This document shows, one piece after another, positions 1 to 8,775 of a stretch of DNA of 47,689 bases. A program made the position numbers and the translations under genes. The stretch's first letter is position 1. Each line of letters starts with the position of its first letter. The stretch is from a virus. The notes beneath the pieces were generated by a model. That model saw only the letters and a list, made by a program, of their open reading frames with translations. It ran no database searches and had not been told where the DNA came from. The stretch is taken from the IMG/VR virus record IMGVR_UViG_3300044993_000286, positions 1 to 47,689 of that record; one strand, written 5' to 3'.

Positions 1-127
1 TAATCTTGCTTTTTATTCAGGACATAAAGACCAGTCAAAATTTCTTGTCGGAAAATTTCTTATAACTCCCGAAGAAGCTTCAAAGATAATTGAAGAAAGA
101 GGAGACATTAAGTTAGAGGAAAACTTT
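1..127. repeat. terminal direct repeat copy 1, identical to 47563..47689 (overlap of a circular or circularly permuted assembly)
   Basis: Read base by base: taatcttgctttttattcagg...gttagaggaaaacttt occurs at both window ends (127 nt). Confidence 0.95.
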
Positions 128-3100
128 GGATTTGATGCAGAAACAAAAGTTTTCACTCTTAAAGAACTTTATGAAGCGGCTAAAAAGAGATTTACAAATT
201 CACTAACAGACCCTGAAGATAATCCCGAAAGAGTTGAAGAACTCAGCAAAATATTTGAGCATTCTTTCGCTAATAACATAGTGTTTTTGGAAAAATTTCA
301 TAACAGAACACTGTCGAATATTGCAGAAAACGGAATAATTACCAAAAAAGCTCAAAAGAAATGGATGCTTGAACCGTTTACTTTAATGAAAAGAACACAG
401 GGTCTTAATTCCAGACAAGTACGATTTAATGCAAATGACATAGCGGAAGCTTTATTAGACAGAGAAGAAGCACTTAAAGCTAAATCTGCCTCTAAAACTT
501 CACAGGAAGGCTCAGGAGACGAAGAAACTGAAAAGCCTATCTTAGATATGGCTGAAAGAAAATCGAAGATTCAAGAGGTTGCAAAAGCGTTAGGAGATGA
601 AAGATATATTATTCTCAATTCTATTAATAGCGATGGAGATAGTACTCATGGAATGCCTTGGGTTAATGATTACAAATTTAAAGTAAGAAATAAAGACGGT
701 ACCATAGGATACAAGCCTTACGATGCTCATTTGGATGGCGGACAATTGATGAGAGATGATATATTTGAAGCAATGCTTACATCAATTGGAGAAGACATTG
801 AAGTTAAAGGAGCTGAAGTAGGTGCTTTCAAAGGTGTTACTATTCATCAGGGAAACGGTATTCAATCGGGTATATTTTCAAAGAAAGCTATATTCAAAGC
901 TCCTAAAAAATTATCGGATTGGATGAGAGCACAAAATATTCATTCAATCGAATATGATACCACAATGAAAGTATTGGGTAACAGAAAAGGAGTTGATTAT
1001 AAAATTAAACCCGATGGTACAATAGAGTTTTTAGAAACTCCGACAATTTATACCCGTAAATGGGATTCAAACACTTATCTGATGTCTGATGAAACTTATA
1101 AGCTGAATAAGCCACACAGAATGTTAAAGCAACTTTTTACCAATATATGGTCGGATACTCCCGAAGGGGTAGCTGCTCTTAATTCGATGCTTGAGTACTT
1201 CAAGGACAGAATAGAAGGAAAGAAAAGTTATCGAATTATGACCGATGAAAATGGTAATAAAATAGAAGTTGACAGATTAAGTTACGCAATAGAAAAATTC
1301 TTAAAGAATGATTTATCCGAAGATGATTTTATCCATGAAGCTCTTTTGAATAATGAAGTCGGTATAGTTGACAGACTTGCTATCTTTTTATCCAATCATG
1401 ACAGTAAGTCTTGGAGATTCATGAGAGATGAAATTTTTGATAAAGAACTTGATAATGAATACAAAGAAAATGAAGAAAATGATTTGGCATATTTCAAAGA
1501 CTTTGGTATTCAAAACAAGTTATTTGAATCAATAGATGTTACTCCCGCTATTCTTGCAAGTGTTAACAGTATAAGAAATTATACCGAAACAGCCTTAAAA
1601 CGATATCTTATGAATGAGATATTAAAGCCTAAGGTTAAAGAAGCAATGACTTCAACTCTTACTCCGCAATTTTCTTATGTTACAAATCATATCAGAAGAG
1701 GAGAAATATATTACGGCAGAGATGCCGCAAAACAAATAATCGATTTCAAAACTAAGAAAACATTAGGAGAAGCTTTTAAAGAAGCAAAGAGAAAAAATAA
1801 AGACCTTGAACTTGTAATTATAAGAGCTCCGGCTGATTCACCGTCCGGTATTAGAGTTGTTAAGCTTAAAGGTTTTATCGATGCTCCCGGTACAGGAGCG
1901 TATGTTCACCCGGATGAATATTACAATCTTGGCGGAGCTGATAACGATATCGATAAGATTACTACATATTTTAGTTTACCCGAAGAAGTAAAAACATATT
2001 ACAAAACTAAAGCAAATCAATGGTATGATTCCGAAGGAATTGCTATTGAAGCAAAACAGAATCCTGAATATTTGGAACCAAGATTTCCGACCATTGTTTT
2101 TGATTCTTTGAGTAATGCAATTGTTAATCTCAATGCTTATAAAGGAGTTCATATATTAGGAGCGGGATTAAATCATACAAACAGAATGCTGACTATTCAT
2201 GATTGGGTTGCACAAAAACACAACGGCGAACAAGTAATTACAATTTATGCCGATGATACTCCTGAAAACAAAGCAGCATTTGAGCTGATAAAAAAAGCCA
2301 ATGAAATTAACGGTTATCTTGGTTACGGATGGGAAGGATTCAAAACCAAAAAAGAAGGAAAGATAGCAATTAAATATTTGGCTAAGCTTAACAGTAAAGA
2401 TGTAATAAGCAGACATCAAAGAGACATTGTTAATTATGCAGCCGATGCTTCCAATGGAGACCCTGTTAAAGATGTTTCCATAATCAAGTCTTATGTTAAC
2501 AGAGACATGTGGATATATCCGAATGGTTTTAATCCAAAAGAAATACCGGGTTTTCATATCTATACTGATTTCAACAACAATCTTTACAAAAGACTTTCGG
2601 CATTAGACAGCATTTATGCCGACAGGAATAACTACGAAAAGGAAATATTGCCTAATGGAAGAGCAGTAATAAAAAGATATAACATCAGACAGATACTTGA
2701 AATAGCCAGAGATTATGCTGCTGAAATAGACAACAACTTTGAAGAAATGCGTGGTGGTGTATCGGGCTATATGTATCGAGTTTATGAAAAATTAGGAAGA
2801 CAAGCGGAGAAGTTCTTAAGTCTTCCCGAAACAAATTATTATTCTTGGATAGGTAACGCAAGTGCGGTAAGAAAGCTTATTTCTCAGGTAAATGATTTCT
2901 TTAAGAAGAATCCCGAAGGAGCTAAAATAGCGGAGTTTTTCTTTGGTAAGAAGTATTTTGGATTAGCGTTTTCGGATTCCGAATACACAAACAGAGCCCG
3001 TACCGCTATTCAGACATTGGAAGCTAAAAGAGAAGAAATTGAAGATTCGATTAAGTACAGAGGATTGTCTCCTTATGAAATAGAAATGGAAAAGCTTCAA

Positions 3101-6100
3101 GAGCAGGCGGAAGAAATTCAAAGACAAGTTAATTCGATGTTGAATTTTTACAAAAAAGAACCTTATAAACCTAATTTTGTTGATGTACTTAAAGAACACA
3201 GTTTCAAAGTTTTGTTATCCGATTTAAGAGCCAATGATATCATCGATTTAGCTTCTATTTGGCATGTGATATCAAAAGGTAAAATAGCTCTTGAAAATAA
3301 CAGTCATAGTAATGTCATATTGGTTCGTGATGTCATTAATGACTTAACAAAAATTTATTCCGATGTAAGAAAAGCCAAAGCTGAAGGAGACAAAAATATT
3401 GAAAATGAATGGGTTCTTAAGGTCAATGAGATAATGGATACAATTCCCGACAAGAGCTTAAGAGAATTTGCGGAAGCGTTACTTATTTCTTCGGTTCGTC
3501 CTCAAAAAAAATCGTTTGCGACTTACACTTATCCTACATTTAAGGACTTAAAAGAGCTAATAACTTCTTCAAAAAGTCAAAAATTCTTAAAGACCATATA
3601 TGATACGAAAAGCATAGAAATAAGTCCCGAAAGCGCTTATTTTTATTATTCGAATATGTCGGAAAATGAGATACGAAACTTTGTCATGGATTTTCCCGGT
3701 AACAGCGATAAGCTTTACAAAGCTATTATAAACTTTAAAGAGCAGGGAAAAGATTATTTCAGTTCAGGATTTAACGATGCAATTGCAAGACTTCCTTTTA
3801 TTAATAAAAAGACCATTTACGATTTATTTCACACTTATCAAACAATAATAGATTTTGCCAATAAAAATCTTGATACTGTAGCAATGACTACAGAAGAAAC
3901 AAAAAAGTTTATTGAAAAGGAAATTTTAGACGGAAAACCTTATGATGCTCCTTTATTGAAAGCATTTGACAATGTAAGTTTTACCGCTAAGTTAACGGGA
4001 AAGCAATTGGATGTATATGATTCTTTGAAAGAAAGACTTAAAATAATTTTGAAGAATAAACCATACTTAATTTCAACCCTTCAGGGACATTTTATTAACT
4101 GGCAAATGAAATATCAGGCTAATTTGCCCGTTACTTTGAAAGACATTACTCTTCCGCAATTACAAAAATTTGTTGACTATTTAGAAAAGAAAGCTTTTGA
4201 CAATACTTTCAAACTAAAAGGTAAAGCATGGGTTCAAACTCCTCAAGACTTTGCAGATACCGTTAATTTTTACGATACAAAAACTAATCTTGTTACGATG
4301 GTTATCGGTTCGGGTAAAAATGCCAAAATTGTTAAAGTAGAAGTGCCTTCTTCCCGTGTAACCAATTCTATTCTTGTAATTGACGGTATTCAGAATGAAT
4401 TGAATGCCCGTATTAAAGAAATAGAAAAGTTTATGAATCCCGACGGTGATGATGAAATTAAGGTAGTTTCTTATAAAACCGATGCCGATGGTTTGGATTT
4501 ACTCGATGAGAAAGGACAGAGAATCCCCGATAAAGACATTATCGTAATCAATCCGAGTTACATTAAAGCTCAGATTCCTTACGAAGATTATCAAAAATTA
4601 TTTGAATATGCATTGTCTTCACATGAAGCAAAATCTTTAAGAGGTATGAAGAAAGAAGATGCTTATGTGAGGTACTTAAAAAATAAGCTTAATGAAGCCT
4701 TAAACGCATATCGTGATGTCGAGAATAAAGTTTACAGCATTACTTCAAATAATAAGACAAGAAAACTAAAAGCTTATGAAATAGTTCTTGAAATACAAAG
4801 ATTTTTTCAAGCCGCTAATCAAAAAGGTTACAGACTTATCAATGACCCTTATCATTACAGACGATTATTTAAAAATCGTTTCGAAGATAAAGAACTTGGA
4901 TTTGGTATTCCGGGCTTTGAAGAAAGTCGTTTAATCAGAGTAACCGATTTTATTGAAAAAATGACTAATGATATTTTTTCGGGTAAAACCGAAAAATACA
5001 CAAATATGGGTTTGAATGTATGGCAATTGATAAATTGGAATAACGATATTTATCACATGCGTTTTAAGGTATCGGATAACAATTATCAAACGATAGAAAG
5101 ACAATTAAATGAAGTAGGAATTAAAACAGGAACCGATGTTTTTTGGTATGAATATGCCAAAATGGTTGAAAGATATAAATCTCTTAAAAAAGAAGACGGT
5201 AGTCCTTTGTATCCGTTTTTACATAATCCTCCCAAAGAATTTTTTGATATACCGAGATGGTACAGAGAAGGATATTTTCCACACAGAGAACATACCAAAA
5301 GTGTTATACGGGAAAGAATGCAAGCAATTCTTAAAGTAAAAGCACCTAATACCGAAGAATATCGAAAAGCTCAATTATGGCTTATAAACGACGGAAACAC
5401 TGAACTTACAAATATAGAAGATACTCTTAAAGATATTCTTTTTGATAAAAAAGATGACAAGAAATATGCAAGAATTACCGCTTCAGTGTCCGGACATTTA
5501 AAATCCAGAAATGGTGATTTGTTTATACCCGGTTACAGAAGAGATTACAGAGTTTATGAAGGATATTTGAAAGATATCACTAAACAGCTTTTTAATACCA
5601 TGATGGTAGCTGTTCATAAGCATAATATGGCAAGAATGCAAAAGGAATCTTTGACGGGAGTCAATAAAATGACTTATGAAGAAGCTACTAAATTAAGAAT
5701 GTTTTTGGACATTCGAATGCTTGATGTATTAGGTTATCCTTCTCAATTTCCCGACAGTTATGTTGATGCTTTGAAACTTGACGGTACATTCTATCATAAG
5801 CTTACCAATGATTATTGGATAAGAAAAAAGTATGCTTTTGTGGATAGAATCCTTCGTATTGAAGAAGATACTCCCGACGAGTTAAGAGCAAGGAAAATAA
5901 ACAAAACAATCGCAAGTTTAAGTAATCTGGAAGCAACATGGGCTATGATGCCTTTATTGGCTTCTCCTAAATTTATGATTACGAACAGATTTTCGGGTGC
6001 TATGACTACCATAGTAAACGCAGGAATGGAGTATTTTCTTAAAGCACATAAAATGTCGGAAGTAACGAAATATGTCAATCATATTCGTTCTTATTCCGAT

Positions 6101-7114
6101 ATGGTTGATTTTGTTTCTCAACATGGTGGTATAGAATCATTTATTAAAAATGAATTGGTATTATCTCAAAATGTTAAGTTAGGAGATGTTACCGCTTTTG
6201 TTAAGGATGTTGTACAATTTTACAAAGAAGGTAAAGATGTTCCTTTGGTGAAAATGTATGAATTGGCTAAACAAAGAGGCTTAACACAAGAGTTTGTAGA
6301 TAAAGCCGCTTATTTCATGAGAGCTTCTGAAATTAAAAACAGAGTTTATACATGGTTTGCTCATTATATGAAAGCACATGATACACTCTACAGAAATTCT
6401 TATGATGTTCCCAAAGACAGAGTAATATTAGCGGGAGACCCTTGGTTAGTTGCGATAGCAAACAAAGGTGTTGCCGCTACTCAGTATCTTTACGATTCTC
6501 TTAATCGTCCTGCTTTTGCCAGAACAGCACTTGGTAAGATGTTAACTCGTTTTCAGTTATATACTTACAATAACTTAAGATGGCGAAAACAGCTTATGGA
6601 TGCTGCTCGATATGAAGATTGGAGAAGTGCAGATGGTAAAAGATTGGCAAATTTAGTTGCAATGGATATGATGGTATTAACATTAGCTACATTTTTTCCC
6701 GGAACGATATTTTCCGCTTCTTTGAATCAACCGTATGGATGGGTTAAAGACTTGGTTACATGGTTATTTGGAGATGAAAAGGAAAGAGAAAAAGCATTCT
6801 TTGGAAGTTTACCTTATCCTGCAAATATAGTACAACCTGTACTTCCTCCTTTTACAAGATTTTTGATAAATCCCATAGTAGCTTTATTTGATTTGGAGAA
6901 GTTTACCAATACATTGGTATGGGGTTTATTTCCGTTTGGAAGAATGGTTAACGAAACAAGAAAATCCATCGACAACCCGCTATTAATGCCCGAGAAGTCT
7001 TTTGGTATTCCTATGTTTACATTGGTGAAGAAAATTCAGAAGGATTATAAGAGAAGAGAAGAAAAGGAGCAGGAAGAAAATCCCGCTCCCGTAATCAGAC
7101 GACAAGCTTCTTAA
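1..7114 (+). CDS. giant virion-associated protein with RNA polymerase core, C-terminal part (full protein 3,018 aa; beta-prime-like DPBB catalytic motif)
   Basis: There is no stop in frame 2 between positions 2 and 281, so the GTG at 281 is internal. The protein contains LVIIRAPADSPSGIRVVKLKGFIDAPGTGAYVHPDEYYNLGGADNDIDK (nt 1807-1957), with DxDxD at 1940-1954. The C-terminus has hydrophobic segments. Stop TAA at 7112-7114. Confidence 0.8.
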   Translation, partial: NLAFYSGHKDQSKFLVGKFLITPEEASKIIEERGDIKLEENFGFDAETKVFTLKELYEAAKKRFTNSLTDPEDNPERVEELSKIFEHSFANNIVFLEKFHNRTLSNIAENGIITKKAQKKWMLEPFTLMKRTQGLNSRQVRFNANDIAEALLDREEALKAKSASKTSQEGSGDEETEKPILDMAERKSKIQEVAKALGDERYIILNSINSDGDSTHGMPWVNDYKFKVRNKDGTIGYKPYDAHLDGGQLMRDDIFEAMLTSIGEDIEVKGAEVGAFKGVTIHQGNGIQSGIFSKKAIFKAPKKLSDWMRAQNIHSIEYDTTMKVLGNRKGVDYKIKPDGTIEFLETPTIYTRKWDSNTYLMSDETYKLNKPHRMLKQLFTNIWSDTPEGVAALNSMLEYFKDRIEGKKSYRIMTDENGNKIEVDRLSYAIEKFLKNDLSEDDFIHEALLNNEVGIVDRLAIFLSNHDSKSWRFMRDEIFDKELDNEYKENEENDLAYFKDFGIQNKLFESIDVTPAILASVNSIRNYTETALKRYLMNEILKPKVKEAMTSTLTPQFSYVTNHIRRGEIYYGRDAAKQIIDFKTKKTLGEAFKEAKRKNKDLELVIIRAPADSPSGIRVVKLKGFIDAPGTGAYVHPDEYYNLGGADNDIDKITTYFSLPEEVKTYYKTKANQWYDSEGIAIEAKQNPEYLEPRFPTIVFDSLSNAIVNLNAYKGVHILGAGLNHTNRMLTIHDWVAQKHNGEQVITIYADDTPENKAAFELIKKANEINGYLGYGWEGFKTKKEGKIAIKYLAKLNSKDVISRHQRDIVNYAADASNGDPVKDVSIIKSYVNRDMWIYPNGFNPKEIPGFHIYTDFNNNLYKRLSALDSIYADRNNYEKEILPNGRAVIKRYNIRQILEIARDYAAEIDNNFEEMRGGVSGYMYRVYEKLGRQAEKFLSLPETNYYSWIGNASAVRKLISQVNDFFKKNPEGAKIAEFFFGKKYFGLAFSDSEYTNRARTAIQTLEAKREEIEDSIKYRGLSPYEIEMEKLQEQAEEIQRQVNSMLNFYKKEPYKPNFVDVLKEHSFKVLLSDLRANDIIDLASIWHVISKGKIALENNSHSNVILVRDVINDLTKIYSDVRKAKAEGDKNIENEWVLKVNEIMDTIPDKSLREFAEALLISSVRPQKKSFATYTYPTFKDLKELITSSKSQKFLKTIYDTKSIEISPESAYFYYSNMSENEIRNFVMDFPGNSDKLYKAIINFKEQGKDYFSSGFNDAIARLPFINKKTIYDLFHTYQTIIDFANKNLDTVAMTTEETKKFIEKEILDGKPYDAPLLKAFDNVSFTAKLTGKQLDVYDSLKERLKIILKNKPYLISTLQGHFINWQMKYQANLPVTLKDITLPQLQKFVDYLEKKAFDNTFKLKGKAWVQTPQDFADTVNFYDTKTNLVTMVIGSGKNAKIVKVEVPSSRVTNSILVIDGIQNELNARIKEIEKFMNPDGDDEIKVVSYKTDADGLDLLDEKGQRIPDKDIIVINPSYIKAQIPYEDYQKLFEYALSSHEAKSLRGMKKEDAYVRYLKNKLNEALNAYRDVENKVYSITSNNKTRKLKAYEIVLEIQRFFQAANQKGYRLINDPYHYRRLFKNRFEDKELGFGIPGFEESRLIRVTDFIEKMTNDIFSGKTEKYTNMGLNVWQLINWNNDIYHMRFKVSDNNYQTIERQLNEVGIKTGTDVFWYEYAKMVERYKSLKKEDGSPLYPFLHNPPKEFFDIPRWYREGYFPHREHTKSVIRERMQAILKVKAPNTEEYRKAQLWLINDGNTELTNIEDTLKDILFDKKDDKKYARITASVSGHLKSRNGDLFIPGYRRDYRVYEGYLKDITKQLFNTMMVAVHKHNMARMQKESLTGVNKMTYEEATKLRMFLDIRMLDVLGYPSQFPDSYVDALKLDGTFYHKLTNDYWIRKKYAFVDRILRIEEDTPDELRARKINKTIASLSNLEATWAMMPLLASPKFMITNRFSGAMTTIVNAGMEYFLKAHKMSEVTKYVNHIRSYSDMVDFVSQHGGIESFIKNELVLSQNVKLGDVTAFVKDVVQFYKEGKDVPLVKMYELAKQRGLTQEFVDKAAYFMRASEIKNRVYTWFAHYMKAHDTLYRNSYDVPKDRVILAGDPWLVAIANKGVAATQYLYDSLNRPAFARTALGKMLTRFQLYTYNNLRWRKQLMDAARYEDWRSADGKRLANLVAMDMMVLTLATFFPGTIFSASLNQPYGWVKDLVTWLFGDEKEREKAFFGSLPYPANIVQPVLPPFTRFLINPIVALFDLEKFTNTLVWGLFPFGRMVNETRKSIDNPLLMPEKSFGIPMFTLVKKIQKDYKRREEKEQEENPAPVIRRQAS

Positions 7115-7364
7115 TCAATTCAATTGTCTTTTTATCGAAAACAAATACAATATCATGTTCTGCAGTTTTCCGATTAACAATTTCATAGATTAAGTATTCT
7201 TCATCATCATCTTCAAGAATAATGGAGATGAGTAAATTGTCCTTCCGTAGATGTTTTATGTGTTTGTATATTTCTTTTTTATATTCAGGCAACATAATGC
7301 CTACAGTACCGGAAGGCTTTCTGAATTCTCCATCATTTTCAAATATTCGGATTTTTTTGCTCAT
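7095..7364 (-). CDS. hypothetical protein (89 aa)
   Basis: ORF with a charged, non-repetitive sequence. It is the last gene of the minus block. Its 3' end overlaps the 3' end of the giant gene by 20 nt. Confidence 0.55.
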   Translation of the reverse strand: MSKKIRIFENDGEFRKPSGTVGIMLPEYKKEIYKHIKHLRKDNLLISIILEDDDEEYLIYEIVNRKTAEHDIVFVFDKKTIELIKKLVV

Positions 7365-7572
7365 TTAAACAACGGAGTCCGTATTCTATTTCGGCTTCAT
7401 GAAGCTCCAACTGAACAAGAGCAAGTTCTTGTTGAAGTTCATATTCTTCAAGAGCATTGTAAGCTGCTTCCATTTCTTCTTCAGCCGGTGTTTTAGATTC
7501 GTTTATTTCCGTTATTTTTGCTCTGTGTTTTTCGATTTCTTTGCGTAAAGCATCGATATTTGTATTTTCCAT
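7339..7572 (-). CDS. hypothetical coiled-coil protein (77 aa)
   Basis: The start was moved to the internal ATG (MENTNIDALRKEIEK...), which follows the SD AAAGGA. The longer ORF to 7662 has no SD. Confidence 0.6.
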   Translation of the reverse strand: MENTNIDALRKEIEKHRAKITEINESKTPAEEEMEAAYNALEEYELQQELALVQLELHEAEIEYGLRCLNEQKNPNI

Positions 7573-7587
7573 AAGGAGTTCCTTTCT

Positions 7588-7836
7588 GTGTATATTATTG
7601 AAAAAAATGATAAAATCCTTATCAATCTTGATAAGGCTTGGAATTTTAAAGCAAAGGTTCAAAGCTTAAAAGAACTTGGTGCACGTTATAATCCTGCCAA
7701 AAAAGAATGGATTATATCGGCAGAACATAAAGCAAAAGTTCTTGAAGCTATGAATGAAACATTTACGACTACGGAGGTCGAAGATGCTGATAAATGGTTC
7801 CAACAATGGTGGAACGATTTAGATTTTCCAATTTAG
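7588..7836 (+). CDS. hypothetical protein (82 aa), a lone plus-strand gene inside the minus-strand block
   Basis: GTG start 9 nt after AAGGAG. The ORF fills an otherwise empty 283-nt gap almost exactly. The sequence looks like a protein and contains LKELGARYNPAKKEWIIS. Confidence 0.55.
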   Translation: MYIIEKNDKILINLDKAWNFKAKVQSLKELGARYNPAKKEWIISAEHKAKVLEAMNETFTTTEVEDADKWFQQWWNDLDFPI

Positions 7837-7855
7837 CTCCTGTATTTATGATTGA

Positions 7856-8188
7856 TTAACGGTTATCACCGTCTCCTTTAATGGTATTGTTATATTGTCT
7901 TGCTTGAAGCTTTTGGAGATTATTTCGCATCACGGATTCCAAATCGAGTCCAAGTCTCCTTGCAAGCACTGCACAAAACCAGAGCACATCTCCTATTTCA
8001 TGTGCCATCTTAACGGACATTGTATCTAAATCATAATCGTTTCTGATATATTTAGCGTATTTACCTGTTACTTCTCCGGCTTCGGAAGCAAGTCCCGCAA
8101 CTAAATATTGTAACGAAAATGATTCTTTAGTACAAGTTTTCATGGCTTCTCTTTGATATTCGTTAATTTCCATTTGGTTTCCTTTCAT
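7856..8188 (-). CDS. mazG: MazG-like nucleoside triphosphate pyrophosphohydrolase
   Basis: EINEYQREAMKT...LVAGLASEAGEVTGKYAKYIR...AHEIGDVLWFCAVLARRLGLDLESVMRNNLQKL matches the all-alpha MazG pattern (E-x2-E ... E-x2-D). Alternative starts at 8173 or 8227. Confidence 0.8.
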   Translation of the reverse strand: MKGNQMEINEYQREAMKTCTKESFSLQYLVAGLASEAGEVTGKYAKYIRNDYDLDTMSVKMAHEIGDVLWFCAVLARRLGLDLESVMRNNLQKLQARQYNNTIKGDGDNR

Positions 8189-8194
8189 AATTGG

Positions 8195-8243
8195 CTCTCT
8201 CGCTGCATTAGAAGCCCACTGTGGCACGAACGCAACGAGAGAG
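8195..8243 (-). promoter_or_regulatory. GC-rich inverted repeat enclosing a degenerate half copy (R4) of the conserved R element, upstream of the MazG-like gene
   Basis: ctctctcg (8195-8202) pairs with cgagagag (8236-8243). On the minus strand the loop carries GTGCCAC and TTCTAAT at the same relative spacing as in R3. Confidence 0.4.
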
Positions 8244-8257
8244 GGTAAATATATAGG

Positions 8258-8479
8258 TTAATTAGATTCTTGCTTTAATTCGTCCCAAAAGACCCAAAAA
8301 GGTTTTTCAAGAAAAATTACTTCATCTTCCATATATGGGTCATCAATTACAACCATAACGGCGTATGTTTTGGTTTGATTGGATTTAATCAAAGGAACTT
8401 CGATTACTTGTCTGCATACTGCTTTTCGTTGAAGTGAGTCCATTGATTTCCAATAAGTTTTTCCCGGTTCTATTTTCAT
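8258..8479 (-). CDS. hypothetical protein (73 aa)
   Basis: ORF preceded by the SD AAGGAG. ATGA-type overlap with the upstream gene. Confidence 0.65.
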   Translation of the reverse strand: MKIEPGKTYWKSMDSLQRKAVCRQVIEVPLIKSNQTKTYAVMVVIDDPYMEDEVIFLEKPFWVFWDELKQESN

Positions 8480-8673
8480 TGTTGCTCCTTTTGTTTGATT
8501 TTTAATTGTTTCTCCCGCTCTTCAGCGAGTTTGATAAAAGATTCTTTTGAATGGGGAATAATAGCAATAAGAAGTATCTTTAACAAATCTTCGGGAGATT
8601 TATTACTTCCTATTTGTGATAACAAAGCTATCTGTGCTGTTATCATTATCATTGTGAATAATGTTTTAATCAT
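8476..8673 (-). CDS. hypothetical membrane protein (65 aa)
   Basis: SD TAAGGAGA. Hydrophobic N-terminal segment (LFTMIMITAQIALLSQI). Confidence 0.6.
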   Translation of the reverse strand: MIKTLFTMIMITAQIALLSQIGSNKSPEDLLKILLIAIIPHSKESFIKLAEEREKQLKIKQKEQQ

Positions 8674-8706
8674 TTTGTTTCTCCTTATAATTGCTTGTTT
8701 AACGCA

Positions 8707-8751
8707 TTTAGAGAGTCAAGGTGGCACAAATACATTAAAAAGATACATTTA
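8707..8751 (-). promoter_or_regulatory. conserved R element copy R3 (candidate phage-specific promoter)
   Basis: The minus strand reads TAAATGTAT-N25-GACTCTCTAAA. Block spacing is identical to R1 and R2. It is intergenic, about 33 nt upstream of the start at 8673. Confidence 0.5.
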
Positions 8752-8775
8752 TACCACCTGCTCAAGATTTAAGGC

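Noticed and set aside
281-283. GTG at 281 as the start of the giant ORF (as in the ORF track)
   Set aside because: The same frame is open from position 2 and joins, across the 127-nt circular overlap, an SD-led ATG at 45620. There is no SD before 281.
860-950. Second (beta-like) barrel motif assignments in the giant protein (YIILNSINSDGDSTHGM versus DIVLNPLGVPSRMN; GAFKGVTIHQGNGIQSG versus GDKxxGRHGNKG)
   Set aside because: The two tentative matches occur in the opposite order to that in RpoB, so at most one can be right. Both are too weak to call by eye and are left for profile or structure searches.
2168-6078. Antisense and alternate-frame ORFs inside the giant gene (2168..2557, 2963..3199, 5086..5298, 5136..5339, 5812..6078)
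   Set aside because: They are nested in a long, clearly coding frame. Their translations are low-complexity and rich in F/I/L/N/K, as expected from AT-rich antisense sequence. None has an SD.
8221-8727. Sigma54-type promoter boxes (TGGCAC at 8222 and 8722 on the plus strand)
   Set aside because: No TTGC lies at the required 5-nt spacing. The orientation is opposite to the flanking genes. The GTGCCAC on the minus strand is better explained as part of the R3/R4 element.
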